A DNA stretch of 56,338 bases, filler included, from Sphacelaria rigidula (taxonomy: Eukaryota), in NCBI GenBank assembly GCA_964200075.2. It is 6 parts of 6 records of this genome, joined end to end, with 100 filler letters (N's around TTAATTAATTAA, not from the genome) between each part and the next. Parts side by side here need not be neighbours in the genome. Positions count along the whole stretch, not along the records: positions 18,815 to 28,120 come from CAXNAA020008791.1; positions 28,221 to 37,526 come from CAXNAA020008792.1; 4 more parts are not named here. One strand, given 5' to 3'. This document shows, in pieces, positions 23,201-37,338 of this stretch. The translations under genes and the position numbers were made by a program. The notes below the pieces were generated by a model. That model was not told the origin of the DNA. It made no database searches and worked only from the letters and a program-made list of their open reading frames with translations. The first letter of the stretch is position 1. Every line of letters starts with the position of its first letter.

Positions 23201-26200
23201 ACAATCATCAACAAACACTGACAAAAACCGAAAAGTCTGGCGGGCTTTGCGAGGTTCGTATACTTGCTTCTGCCCCTCGCCCGCCCTGTCCCGATGACCT
23301 CGGATGCCGGCAACGCTCACACACATCTATGTACAATACACGAGTGTACGGTAGCAACAGCCTGCAGCCGAAGTAGCAACACTATCTCACGCCTCGCTCA
23401 ATCAGCTGCCAAATTTCGTTCTTCTCCCTTTCGGGCAATCAGGCCGAAGAAATCGTGAATTTGGTGATTTTGAGTCATGATGATTTGTCCTAACCGTGAA
23501 AGGTTCGCAGTTCCGACGAGAAATCTTCATATTTCAGGCTTCTTACAGAAATGTGAACACTCTTAATCGTGTATATTTGACTCCGATTTTTGACACCAAA
23601 ACAGGAAATACCGCTACCACGTGTCCTGGATATTGCTGAGGTGGAGCGGTTGCGTTCTACACCCCAACAATGACCGATCATCACCCCACCGAAAGTAGCC
23701 GAGCCCACGTTTTCAATTCGCTGTGCTCCTATTTTTTGCAAACGGGCGCTTTGGGAAAAATTCAACTGGACATAGGAAAATATGTGAGAAGAAGGATGTG
23801 CAGAACGTTGTATATACGACCCAGGGCCTCCTCTTTTTCAAGCTCTCTTGGATTTGTGGAGGAAGTGAGCGTTTGCAAAACCTGGGAACCCAGTGAATCG
23901 AAAACGCTGACCAGGCTTCTCTCTCGGCGAGATGATGCATGTTGTTTAAGACACGTGGTTGCGATGTATTCCCTGTTTTGGGATGAAAAACGGTGTCGAA
24001 TACGACAAAGCTCACAAATTAATATCAACACATCTTCTACGAAGTGGCTTCATGACAATATCTCGTACATGGATGATTTTTTCTCGGTGTGCGCCCATAT
24101 ATACGTCGTGAAAATCATATTTCAAACACTTAGTTATCATATACGAACGACGAAAAAATAACACGTCCCGGATATTGCGGTTTTCAGAGATGCTACCGTG
24201 TAAAGCATTCATCAGTGCTGTGGTGTCGAGCGACACTGTGTCATCATCCACACGGCTGTTCGAGTACACGAAAAATGGAGGTAGTTGTATTTTCGCTCCT
24301 CACAGAGTCTTTGCGACCTGCGTGTCATCCGTTCGTTTTGTCAAGACAGCTACCTACCCTTATAGAACGTTAGCAGGTATATCTGAGCTGCGTTAACTGT
24401 GTGCAATGAAGAACGGTGCACTCTGTTTGTTTTGTGCCGTTGCGTCCTGCCGGTGACATGAAAAGTCTGTATTTACGGTACAGCAGGAGTGCATGGTGAG
24501 ATCTGCCTACTGCCTCTTCTCTTACCAACAAAGTTGCAAAGACAATGCTAGGAGCAGTATGTAGAAGAGATGAAAACAGCGTAAGGATTGTTTGGGGTGG
24601 AGAGCGATCACACGGTAGTCTGCAAGCAAGCTAGGCGCATTTTGAACCAGGCATTTTCTATTATTCTCGCATAATATTCTTCAGCACTCGCTAGAATCAA
24701 TAAATATTGAGGAAATAAACAAGTTGTGCTCAGGACATAATGCCCAGATCGGTGTTGTCGGGGTGATACAAAGGAAGACGTCGTTTACCAGGAGGGTGTT
24801 ATTGACCGCCACTGGTCCAGAAAATAAAGTATTCCGGCTCTATTATAGCGCAATGAATAGATAGGATTTCAGAGTTCATTTTAGTTGTTCACGAGAACGA
24901 TTGAGATTGGTTTGATCGAGCAAGAATACCGAAGAGTCAGAAACTGAGGCCGTAAACTTGGAGGACCTCCGATGACCCGTTCAAACCTCAGTTGCAGTAT
25001 TTTTTTTTTTTCTCGGAATGTGATAGCGGATGCTAGTATCTCCCGATCCCCCGACAATTGTGGGATCGAACGTTTGCTGTGAAGAGCGGTAGCACGTGAG
25101 AATCACCAAAAATACCCAACTACTATATTCGGCCGGTTGGCGCGCAGGCTACTTTGCACTGAACGATCGGCATTGCTATACTCGGTGGCTTATGAAAAAA
25201 GTTGAAACAGAATCATCGCGTACTGTACAGCAGCAGTGCTATACCGCACACTTGATTGATGTACGCGCCGTGCGACCACGAAAAATACTCAGTGTGCCAG
25301 CATAGGCTAGTTCTTTGCTCCGTACAGTAGACATTACCACAACAGGCCCATTTTCATTTATTGGGTAAAAGGGCGGTTTGGGAAAGAGCTCTCTCTTTTT
25401 TTTCGAGCCCACCACTCCCTGTCTCGAGGAGTTCCTCCTAGATGTAGCCCATTTCTGCGGGCCCAGACCCCATCTCCTACAACAACCGTCATTACCGACG
25501 CCAAAAATATAAAGCAGCAGTGAAACATGTGAGTACCTCGGCAAAATACCGAAGGTCGAGTTATCTGACGGCTGCACGCCGGCCTGCATACCTGCTGGTC
25601 AGACGACGACATGCCACACAGCGTACCATCAGCCAACATTTAGGAGCAGGGGGCTCGCTGGTGAATGGGTGAAAACATTTTCGGACCGAAAAAAATCAGA
25701 GGCCGAAAAACCAATCACTGTAGAGGTCGAAAACAAATGTCGCGGAAATAAAACAAGACGCCGGAAGAAAAGTATGGAGACTACAAGTGCCATTTTTAGG
25801 GGCCCGAAAACATATAAAAAAGCAGCCTACGGAGCAAACGTCTAGCATAGGCCCCAAAAATACGAAACTGTTGTGAAAGCACAGGTAAAGTGCAAGTATG
25901 CTGTCACACCGCACAGTGCAGCAGCATAGTGGTAGCTAGCATGCACCAGTTGCAGGGTAGGAAAGCACGTGTCCCCACAAAATGTGGCTCAGCGAAAACG
26001 TGCGTAGCTTTGATTTGGGTCAGGCCTCGGTCAGGTGCTCTCCTGGACTAATTCGAATTCGATAACCCGTCCGTTGGCGTCAGTAGGCCGGCCGCGCTAC
26101 TCAAAACCACGATTGCCCAGGCCATACTAATCAACGTCGATGTTGGGCAGCTTCTCGCGCAAGGAAAAGCGAACATCTCCCCAAGAGCCTAACTTGGCGT

Positions 26201-28120
26201 CTTAGGACCGAGTTTAGACGGAGTAAGGGACCTCACGGACTGTGCAACCTCGGAAGGACTTACTGTGACCTCTGAGAGGGGCCTAGCGCGCTCTCCCGAT
26301 CCATCGTGCGCCCAGTTTTACTCCAGGCCGGACAAACAGTTTCTTGAACAACTTACGAAAACGTTGGAGTTTCGTGAGGACACAATGAGTATGCCAATCT
26401 AGAAACAAAATACGTTTGTTTTGGGATTTCTTCTTGAGAAACCGTTTGTCCGGCGAAAAAGTCAAACTAGGGGCACGCGNNNNNNNNNNGAAAAGCGCGT
26501 GAAAATCCTCTCACAGAGTTCAGCAAGCAAGTCTTTCCGAGGTGGCACAATCAGCTAAGCCCCGTGTTTCGGCTAAACTCGACCCTGGATCATCAGCAGC
26601 GTGTGCTTTTGGGGAGACATATTTCTTTCGTAGTACGAAAGTCTTACGAACTCCAGCTGTGGGAGGGTCCCCGTTGAAGGGTCATGAGACGGACGGCCTG
26701 AATTCGCCTCATCGTGACAGCCGTGATTCAAATGGCACTACCCTTTCGGTACTCCATTACTTGCACGGTTCAACCATTTGCAGACCCTGACAGGTAGTCA
26801 TGCGTACGGCGCAACTGCTTCTCCCTCTGTTTTCTCTAGGATTGATGCTCCGCACATTCTGATAAAGTCCCCTGCTCACAGGGCGCGACAAGGGCTCAGG
26901 CATTTGCCAGATCATGAGATGTGGATGTGTGATGTGTGCATCAACTGCATGGTGCAAATGGTATACACTGTACTGTAATCACAATTCATCTATTCACCCA
27001 TCAATCAACGGCAACGAGAGGCCGAACACGAAGTTCCCCCGCACATACTTTGCACTTCACACATACAAACGGCGATCCACCTTACCGTGAGTTTGTCACC
27101 TGCTCGAGACGCTTGGCAGGTTGGCATGCTTCAGTAATATGTGGGATATGCTGAAATTTTCGATGTAGAGAGTCAGCTCCCCCTCTTTGAATGACAGCGA
27201 AGGACAAGCGTGTTAAGCTACCGATTTGTGATTTGTGAGAGTTGGTGCACTCCTGCCCCATAAAGTTTGATTGTTTTCTACGACGTTTCAACTTTTCGGC
27301 TGAACAATTCTTGAATTTTCACGTCTTTATCCCCCCCCCCCCCCCTCCCCCCCCTCCACCCGCCCGCCCGCCCCCGCCGAAAAAACAAACAAAGAGGGGA
27401 GGAGTCGACACAGCGAGAAGTGCACACAGGTAGTACGGATATGAAATGATGTCTCCGTAAAACAAATATTTGGGGCGCTTCAGTGCCGAGTTTTGCCCAA
27501 GAAGGTGGATTGGCAGATTGTGCTATCTCGGAGAGACTTTCTGTACGCTCAGAGGAGATTCCAGCACACTTGTCCTATCCCCCGTGCGCCCAGATTATTC
27601 TTGCCCGGACTACACCTTTGTAGAAAGTTCTTATATAAAACAAAGCACGACGTAACCGTGGGTTTTTGCAGTTGTTCGTGAGTCTCGAAGGATTTTCCAG
27701 AAGGTACGATGAAGTTCTCTAGTCCAGGCCAAAGTTGAACTGGGTTTACGAAATATCGGAATGGTGCACCGGAATCCTCTCGGGGAATGGGTCGAGTCTT
27801 TGCGAGATGGTGAAATCCGCCACGCGCCTGGTCCGACAAAAACCCGCAGCGCTCCGTCCCGGCTTCGTAGAGATGGTCAATGATCTACTGACTGCGATAT
27901 GCAAGATTATGAGTACACCCTACTTTTTCGGGCACCAACTTGACGTCCACTCAAACGGAAGAACAGGAGGATGAGTGGGCCAACGTACCAACATTAAGCG
28001 ACATGCGTCGTCTTACTTCGACGCAATGTTTCTTCACGACGTGAGGGGATAGATGGAGGCCGGGGGTGGGGGAGGGGGGGGTGTACTCTTGATCATGCGT
28101 GCCATAGTCATCAGACCAGA

Positions 28121-28220
28121 NNNNNNNNNNNNNNNNNNNNNNNNNNNNNNNNNNNNNNNNNNNNTTAATTAATTAANNNNNNNNNNNNNNNNNNNNNNNN
28201 NNNNNNNNNNNNNNNNNNNN
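28121..28220. other. Artificial contig linker
   Basis: Same spacer. Confidence 0.98.
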
Positions 28221-31200
28221 ACCACGGCCTGGCCAAGGGTGGTAGTGAGAAGGAATCACTCGTTGACGGTGATTCCGGTCCTACACCCGCCGAAAAGATC
28301 CTCCCAACGCCGTACCGACAAGACCGGTCATGGCTTCGTCGGAGGACGGGGAACGGAGATATGTGGCGATACGGCCAAATATTGTTCAGATTGTTTGCAG
28401 GGGATTGATTGAGGGAGAGGTGAATGCGGGGTTGGTGGATGTGGGCTCTCGACCGTGTTTCTATCGATGACTAGCGTGTAGCCGAGGATGAACCTTTAGG
28501 TGCTCGAAGCAGCAGGGGAATGTGATCAGCATGAAGCAGGCAGAGCTCCTCAGACCTGATGCCATTGTTACTCACAGTTGCTAATACGACGTGGGACGTT
28601 GTGTGGGGCTACGATGGTCGTACGCATTGCTGTTCACATGGACAGCGTTGACATGGTTGGCGGCTATGAAGGAGAAAAATCGGGGGTTGTTCCGTCAAGT
28701 GAATGAGGAGCATGGTGAAATGCCGTCGGGGGGCGTTCCTGTGCCCGTCTGTGTGATTGTTTCCGTTTTGCCTGTGGTTCTCCCTGTAAAACTGACTCCA
28801 GTACAGGTGTTCTGTACTGCGCAAGTATCTGTTGTCGCAGATGATTTTTGCATTGGTTTGGTGGTGTGAACGTACCGCTTGGTGGTGATCTGGTCCGCGC
28901 TGTGGGGGTGCGCGGTGTTGCTGTGCTAAGATTTGAAGAGCGAACGATAGATTAGAAACGCTGCAAATACGGTGTGCAGTAGGTTGTGGTTCGAGTGCTG
29001 CCGTTTCTCATGAGGGAGCTGGAGAATGACACAAAACGCATTGCCTGCTGTCGTGGTGAGCACGTAGTTGTGTTACTTGCTGGTGTGACTGAGTGCTTGT
29101 TGAGAATCAGGAAACAAATTACGACTGGCACCCGCGAATCGTTTGGAGTACGATGGCAGATTGTTGTCGCGTCGCTCGTAGTCATGTTTGTGCTGCTGTT
29201 TGCGCGTGGCGTATGGTATTGAAGCATGAAGTTGTATGTCCTGCGTGAAATGTTGGCGTGCACGTGGATGTTCGGGATCTCCGTGTTGTGTTGTTCTGGT
29301 TAGCACGCATGTTGCAAAGTGGTTTCTGCGAGGAACGTCGCGTTGAATGTGCTCCGTGGAATGCTGCCACTGGACTTTTTACTGCAATATCTCAATGATA
29401 TGCATGGTTTCTGACGCAGCGTCAGGGTGCGGCAGTTTTCAGTAGACTGCTGTATCCTGGATGGGATGAAGCTTGGCTGTTCCTGTTCGCAACAGAAGTG
29501 CAGCGGAACCGTCTCCGTGCGGTTTACGCGTGCTGCCTGTAGGAGATGCTATCTGCTGCTTTTGTCGTATGAGCGGAAAGTGCGGAAGGCGTAGGCTCCT
29601 ATGTGAAGAAGTATAACGTGAGTATGTCTTGTGGTTAAAGATGAAGTTACGGTGTACGCACGCGTCAGTGACTAAAGCTGTGGAACGTCTATCTGATGGA
29701 ACGTCACGTGTTTGGACGAGCACGTGGGTGGTGTTTCGCTTTTGTCTGAGAGGAGCATGTGGATGATGTGTCCATTTGTCTGAAATGAGCGGTTCAGGTG
29801 CGCGGCAAGTATATTCAAGACTCGAACCGCATTTTTCCTTGCGCTTGATGGACGGATGGGATATCGTGATACTGAATCCAAGTGAATTATTATCTGGTCG
29901 TGTTTCGTCAGGTATACTCGATAATTCGAGTTGGAAAATGATATCACTACCGGTGGTCAGTGATGATGAAGGTGGTGGTCCGTTTGCCGTTGCTGTGTTG
30001 ATATGAATTGCTTGGAAAAGCCGTTTGAGTCATCGCATAGTGACCGTTGTCCCCGTGAATTTATTGGTGAGATATAGCTTTGAAGCTCGGGCGAAAGAAA
30101 GGTGCAATGATACGTGTCCACGGAGTTGAACAAGCGAGAGGCCAGTTGCGTTTTGGACGTGTTGGATAGTTGAGTTTATTTTCAGATGATGTATCGTCGG
30201 GCTGTTGCACTCAGTTGCTCAGGTGTTGAACTTACGGATATGTCTTGGGCGTATTGGAAAGTACCCTGTCTCCTATAAGAGACACGCATGCTCACGAATG
30301 CCGGGAATTGGATAGTTCGTTGATGTTTAGGTTTAATGTTTGCCGGTTTAGAATTAAGACACGTTGTTTTGGCTAGGGGTTGAAAATTTGGCTTAAGTTG
30401 TTGCACCTTTTACTCGGAGTGGTGCAAGTGCTGCGACTATGGCGGGATTGCTTGTTCATTATGGATGTTTGGGATCTCTTGGGAGTTGTTCGGAAATTGG
30501 ACGACAATATTTTGTGTAGGTCTTCACGTAGACAGCGGCAGGGATTGCACATATATGTAGTAAAACAATGATACATCAACCAGGCCAAAGTGATATCTGA
30601 GTTTGTCAGGCGCTAGTCTAACTACCTGTCGATACTTTGCGAACTTTGATGTTGCTGAAGACTGTGGCAACCATTGTTGCATTGGTTTGTCATGTGCATG
30701 AGTGCAGTTGGGACACGGTTTCGTAGTCACATTTACGGCTGGTTGATATATTACGGGCCTGCGAGTATGATCAATGGACTCCGCAATTGTTCATTTCGAT
30801 GGTCTGCAGTTGACTACTTGCTTTGTGGGAGGATCACGCGCCCTACGATATAATGGGCAGCTAGGGTTCAATATGACTAACTATAGCTGTTGAAGTCTAC
30901 GTGCCCATCGTGGAAGGAGTCCGCGGAGCTGACCGGCGTCGAGTGACGGAATTCTACACGTTGCACTTGCACAATTGCAAGTTGGATGTGCCGAGTGTGT
31001 GCTCGTCGACCTTGGAATATTTTTCTAGTCGTTGAAGTATCTGTTGTTATTAGCCTGGTGGGGGATTGCATTTCAATATCAGTATCACGGCGGTGGAAGA
31101 GCTGGTCAGCGATGCTGCTAGCACCGACGGGTAGAGATGCACGTAACAGTGGATGCCATAGCCAAGCTGTTCGGACTCGTGGCGAGGTTTCAGCATACTG

Positions 31201-31240
31201 GTAGCCGCTGCTATTTTAAGTTCAACAGCGCGTTGCACCA
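28221..31240 (-). mobile_element. Heavily decayed Helitron-like Rep/helicase coding relic
   Basis: Strong A/C strand skew over ~3 kb. In order on the - strand: a QLRG.LH.H-like Rep motif (~30898-30960), ARKNAVRVLN...SSKHVTF (~29700-29860), a frameshifted Walker A LQGEP-TGKTET (~28754-28790), AANHVNAV, and DLFGG...D.F.LPP (~28235-28300; PIF1-type motif III-like). Many stops and frameshifts. Confidence 0.55.
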
Positions 31241-31658
31241 CTGACGAACCTCACCAGTCTCTTTTACTTTCATCGCGCAGCAGTAGCAACGATAACCAGG
31301 AAAGAAGCAGGCCAGTGCCGCTACAAGATGGTTGACCATCAGTAAATACTAGCTTGCAGATCGGTCATCATATTGAAGGTTACTCAAGGCCTCCTTCATG
31401 AGTCCCAATAAAAGAATAACACATTTTGCGTGCTCTGCAAATCAGACACTCATGTTTTTTGCACCTAAGTAGGACCTACAACGATAGCGTGTAGGTAACG
31501 TCTAGCGAGAAGAACTGACAAAACAAGTTCACCTCCAGATGCTGTACGCTTTTCGGCGAGGGATTCACACCGGACCACCATGAAGCACACTGCCATGAAT
31601 CATCTTGATGTTTCAGCGAACTGTATTTGCCTCCCCGCCTTGTTCCTTCCTCTGGCAG

Positions 31659-31803
31659 TCGCTTCCAACTGACAATTCGATTCGGCCTCCCGGACGCGGA
31701 CACTCGGAGAGAGATCTTCGGCGTCTACGCGCAGCAGCTTTCACGGGAGGAGCTAGGCACTCTCGCGTCGGTCGCCGGCGGGATGTCGTGCCGAGACATA
31801 AAG
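31659..31803 (+). CDS. AAA+ ATPase, exon covering the end of the second region of homology and the lid
   Basis: Pyrimidine tract plus ggcag| acceptor; (S)RFQLTIRFGLPDADTRREIFGVYAQQLSREELGTLASVAGGMSCRDIK matches the RF..I.F.LPD...R..I...L..LA...GMS.RDIK consensus; AAG|gtggac donor. Confidence 0.88.
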
Positions 31804-32746
31804 GTGGACGCTACTGCATGTCTCACTTGCTGACATTGCGCGGGTGAACAGATTGGCAATAAAATTCACAGCGAAACCATTCCATGTGCTCCCTCTCCAG
31901 CGACTCCGTCGTGACGGGGTAGTGTTTCATAATATCGCAAAACAAAGAGGAGTCATGCTACGAAGAGAGCCGCTCCCCCTCCCCCACCCCACTTTTCTGC
32001 CAGCAGACAAAGCACGGGTAGGACGAATACGAATTTATACGAGTCGACTCCTCATGATGCGAAAGCAGTCATGCTGTATGACCTGTTGGTCCCGCTGGGT
32101 CGTGGGTGGATAACACATACGTAGCACAGTCATCTTGCGCGCATTACAGCTGTGAGAAAATTACGCGTGGTTCAGGGCCCGTCGGATGTAAAGATTCAAC
32201 CTGTACAACTTGTTGGTCCCGCACTAGCCCGAAGGTGGGAAAAATATACGGGCGTTTACCTCGAACGACTTGGTCAAGCAAGTTGTACATGACGTTCCCG
32301 ACTCATGATCGTGAGAAATGCGTGGCATGTACAATCGATGCATTCAAGTTGGCAGTGCAGGGTTGACCATGTGCCCATTCTTTACCCTGGTATTCATGGA
32401 AGGTCACAAGCGGGTACTTTTGAGTTATACTACACGAAGCACGACGTGAGAAGCTGTGTGAAATACAGATGATGTACGAGTAGTGTAATTTAGTCATAGG
32501 AATGATTCCACGAGTTGACTCACGAGTTGAGTCGTCCTAACCGTGAAACAAAGCTTCCACCACACCAAGTCGACGTATGAATGTACCTGCTCACACATGA
32601 TGTGTATCCCTACGCTATATTTCTTCCCCCCCCCCCAAATCTACCGCAATCCTCGAAGGTATGAACTACCTGCAACCCCCGTCCCGCCCCCACCACGATA
32701 AAGTGGCGAAAGTACTGATTGAAAAAGCTCCGCCACGATTGCGCAG

Positions 32747-32827
32747 GAAACCTGTCAGCACGCGGAGCGACGGTGGGCGTCCAAGCTCGTTCGCGGCCAG
32801 GAAACGGGAGAGTTGCCCTCCCTCAAG
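32747..32827 (+). CDS. AAA+ ATPase, next exon
   Basis: gcgcag|GAA...AAG|gtgagc, phase 0; ETCQHAERRWASKLVRGQETGELPSLK continues the lid helix (RDIK-ETCQHAERRWASKL). Confidence 0.85.
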
Positions 32828-35800
32828 GTGAGCATGCCATTTTGTTGCAAGGCTGCAAGATGAAGAGCTCGATCATGCGTGACACGTTTTGCACAGCTAC
32901 ATCGAACACCTGATTGCGCGAAAACGAGAACTCGAGCTCTTGAATGTAGAGGCCCATAATTTGACAGCGATCAACATATTCTGCCATTGTAACTGCTGTG
33001 GATTTCCGGGAGAAAACTGAGCACTACGTGAGGAAATGTATGACCAGTTTCTTTGTTCTCTCTGTCGGCCGATGCTTTGTTTAACGGTGCAATATCTGCT
33101 GCAGCTGCGGTGCAGACAATGGCTGCCCCTGTCTCGGGACATTTTCGCCACGCCTTGAGCATTTGTATGGCTGCTGTTGAAGTCTCTGTTGTGAGCAAAA
33201 CCTCCACTCCTCACACGCGTGATGAGTGGCAACAATCATCGGCACGACGGCGACTCGCACTGTACACTGCACAGTCTCTGACGAGCGCTCGGCAGTGGTT
33301 GATGGGTGAAGTCTACCTACATGTACACAGGTCGAAATGCTCGAAGGAGTGCAATAATAGAGACCGCAGGGTATGTTATGCCCACAGCGATGAGACACAA
33401 GCCCATTCTAAACCACTTGTGGAGAACAACGTAGATCGAGGCACATGCATGGACCGCCACACTATGACCAACCCCGTGCACCACTCCAGGCGGATCTTCG
33501 TTCTGCCGTGACTAACATTCGTATCTGTACCTCGAGAACCTAAGAGGCACCCGAAATATGTCGGCTCGAACATCACACGTAGCGACTGGTCCAACCTCTT
33601 CGTCATGGAATTTGTAATTCCTGCCCCGTACAACCCACGTCAACCCTGTTCACCACAGAGCACATTTCACCGCACGTTGTGCGGAGAAGGCATGCGTTCT
33701 CATAAGATGTATGTGAGTCGTATCATTAGCTACTTCGGTACGACACGGTTTGTGCATTTCGATGCGCGACGGTCCATGGATAACTAGAAAAACCAAGCCG
33801 CGTTCCCATCGGATGACGCCTTGAGTTTAGTATACCTGGACAGACGGACCAAATATGCCTAAGTCCCCTATCATCACTCGCCATCTCGGTGGAACTGACA
33901 CCTGGTGATACTATTCCGAAAAAGATGTTACGCCTAAGGGGTCAAGACTACTGAGCATCGGAAATACTCACCCCCACCGTCGATGCCGTCCAGGAATACT
34001 TGTATTGCTTGGAGAAACGGAGCAAGGAGGGAGCGTGGCGGTCGAGGCCTGCGCAGGCGTGAAAGTGCAGTAGTACCTGCGTAGTGTTGAGCGGCAATGG
34101 CGATGGTGGCCAAATTAGTATTTTGGCTGGGCGGGTGTCATCAAAACAATTCGAGTTGGGCTGGTACAGGCATCATGAGGAATCGCGACGTGACCGTGTT
34201 GGCATTATAAGTGCTATTCTGGGTATGTATAATTTTGAATAGCATGGCGAAGATGTCGACAGCGAGGCCCGGCTTCATGGTTCTGATATATATATATATA
34301 TATTTACTCTATATATCATTGTGTTGACTATGTTTTGCATGCCAAGCCACATGAAGCTTATGGATCGCTTCGGGATCAAGAAACTGTGCTAACGGGGTGG
34401 GGGCTAGGCAGCAACGGTTTTTGTGTTGATGGTTAAACTAGGTGGCAAATAACTTCGTATTCCTTGCTCAAAAGAACCCCGGCGATGTATCTCTGGTAGG
34501 TGAGACGTGCATAGCAGAGTCCGGAGTGCCAGTATGATGAATGGAAAATAGTCTTTTGTCAACCCGCAGCTGGTGACGAGGCGCAATTGGAGGGGTTTCT
34601 GTGGGATAAACTCTTTCATATTTCGAAGGCAGGCGTCAAATCATGATGTATGTTTCCAGAGAGGCACCGCTGTAAAAAACGAACTGCAGGCGTTGCGCGA
34701 GAAGTACGGGAGAGCGCGTGGACGGAGTTGGGGCAGTCTGGGCGTCTGGGAGCGTGTTTCGAAGGCATCCCAAGGAGTGTTTCTGCAGGATGGATTGTGC
34801 ACTGTATCGTTCGCGCGCATTAGGTCGTGGATACGGGCGCGTTGACGTACCCATTTATGATTTCTGGAACTCGCTGTCACCACCAGCTGCTCGGCATGGG
34901 CGATGGATCAGGACACAACCTCGGGCGGGGCGCGAAGCCAATACCTGTGTATGTTGGGATGGTGTCAATGAAGATCCGTTATCGTTTATGTGTATTTAGC
35001 CATACGAGTTGCCATTGTTTCGCGTGGTGCTTAACGTCCGAACTGAGGCTCGGGTGACCCATAGTTCTCTACTTCGTCGTGCACGCAAAGGCATGTTATT
35101 GTGACGCCCATGTATGTGTTGGCGCGTGTTCCAGAAAAGGTGATTGTTTCAGCCCCGTAATATGCATGTAGAGGCGAAAAGCTTCAGAGTAAGGTGCACC
35201 GCCGCTTGGTCAGTTTTTGTTCAGCCACCGTTTTGAAGTAGCGCAGTTAGGGCTTTTGCCAAGTTTGACTCGCGTGTGCGCGCCATCCGTCAGATACCCA
35301 AAACTGTTCAGCGTGTCTGCACTCGTATTGTTCACGTAGCAATCGCTGCAAGATACGAACGACTTCGACATCCTGGATTTCGGGCGCCCAGGGTCGGCTG
35401 TTTTGAGAGCCTTGTAGATATTCCCGACTCTCCCGTGTTATTGGGCTTACCGTGGCTGAGTGAGCGAGGACGGGGAAAGACGTGGTGGACTTGCACAAGG
35501 AGGTGGTCAGAGTAGAACGTGGATTCATCGAGAACCGCAAATTGTCGGAGCGGCGCGGGAAGAAGAGTGGGGATGAGGCAGGTAAGCTTTCGGGGCGAAA
35601 GGATTCGTGTGTGCTCACGTGTTTGTGTGAATTCCTTCAGTCGGGTTCTGCTCGTAAAAGATTAGTGATTTTTGAAATTCGCTCTTGAAATAAATGTTTC
35701 CACAACGACCTGTATCAGTCTCATCGAGAGCATTCCCTGTTCAGATGGAAACCCAGATCTGTGCACAGGTTTAAAATGCGGCGGTTATGCAAGAGTTGGA

Positions 35801-37338
35801 TTTTGGTTCGGCCTAACATCTCCAAACTGCTACGGGCAAGACGCAACAATGCAGCACAACGCCTGCACACCGAGTCCTGAATAAGCACGCAGACACCCAC
35901 CACTCACGCGTTTTAGTTCCAGTGCCAGCCCTTGCTCATCTGAAAACAACTGTCTTTGGTTGACGGAAATCCGTTCTGTATTGGAGGCAAGTTCGCCATG
36001 GGCGTGTCGAATTGCAACCGAAAGCTGGCTTTTTTGTGTGCGCGCTGTGGATGCGTCTCACACAAGTAATTGTTCATAAAAGTCTGGATGGTTTTGAGCA
36101 AGGTTACGCACGATGTGCCCACCTTATGAGCAGCTATATCGCTATTAATAGAGCTGTGTGCTCTTGGTTTGCGGGGGCAAATGTTTCCCTGGATCCACCT
36201 CTGTTTAGTCGTCGATGTTTTGCAGTTTAGTGGTGGGTGAGCCCCGATGAGCTAAGATTTTTGTCAAATCAAGTCACAGTATACCCGCCCGCCAGCAGCA
36301 TTGTTCTCTGTGCTGCCAAAGCCATGCATACATCCAATCACAATTCACCGAATCAACAATCTTCTGGAAACAATACTTAGTCGCACCGCAAGCGAAAAAA
36401 GAACGGCGTTACACGACGCAAACGCCTTCCTATTTCAAGAAATAATCAACGGACCATGATCGTCGACTTCATTCGAATTTCGATTATTCGGGAAATCGTC
36501 TACCAAAAACAAGTTGGCGCTATGGTTACTTAAATTATCATACCCCTTTGATGCCCTAGGCCGAAAAGGGTTCTACTGGACCGAAATTGAAAAGAGTGTC
36601 CCGTTGTCCTATCCTATCCTAGCCGTCCGCATTCACAACGAAGGCCAGAACCACGCATTTTTTTTTCTCGAATGGATTCGAAGCCGCGCTGCGCGAAAAA
36701 AACATTCCATCGCTCTTCTAACATTAATCGAGATGCCGTCAAGAAGTTTCAGCTCCATTGGTGCTCATGGCGTTGTGTTTCGCTTCTGTCTGTGAGCGGT
36801 CCCAAGAACAGCCCAGCTCGACCCCTTTTGACCAGCGCTGGTCTTGATTCAACTTATCAGACTTGACTGTCGCAACTTCAAACGAGGCACTTTTGGAGGT
36901 TGGAGGCATCCCACGCAGCGGCCGGCTCCTCGAAATACTTTCAAACCCCTCAAGAAGGTTTAGCTTCATTGCTGCTTTCTTCTTTGTCTTCGCTTGTGCA
37001 TGCCGTCGCCGTCCGTGGCTGAGATGGGAGGGAGTGTTCAAGTACGTGATCTAATTGATTCGAACTACTCCCCGTGTGTCGACTATCGACAAGCGGTGAA
37101 CGTACGGGAGCTTCTGGCCGCAACGTCCGCAGGCGGTGAAGACGTATCTCGGCTCCCACGGTGACAAATAACAGGAGATTCAAAAAAATGAGGTTCATCA
37201 ATGAAATAACAAATTGTGCGAATTGAGGTTTAACTCCGAGATAAGGTTGAAGTCTAAAACAGTGCTTTCCCCACGCTTTCAGCGATGATGCACAATGACG
37301 TTTTTGTCGGTCTAATGCCCCTCGATCGCGTAGATACG

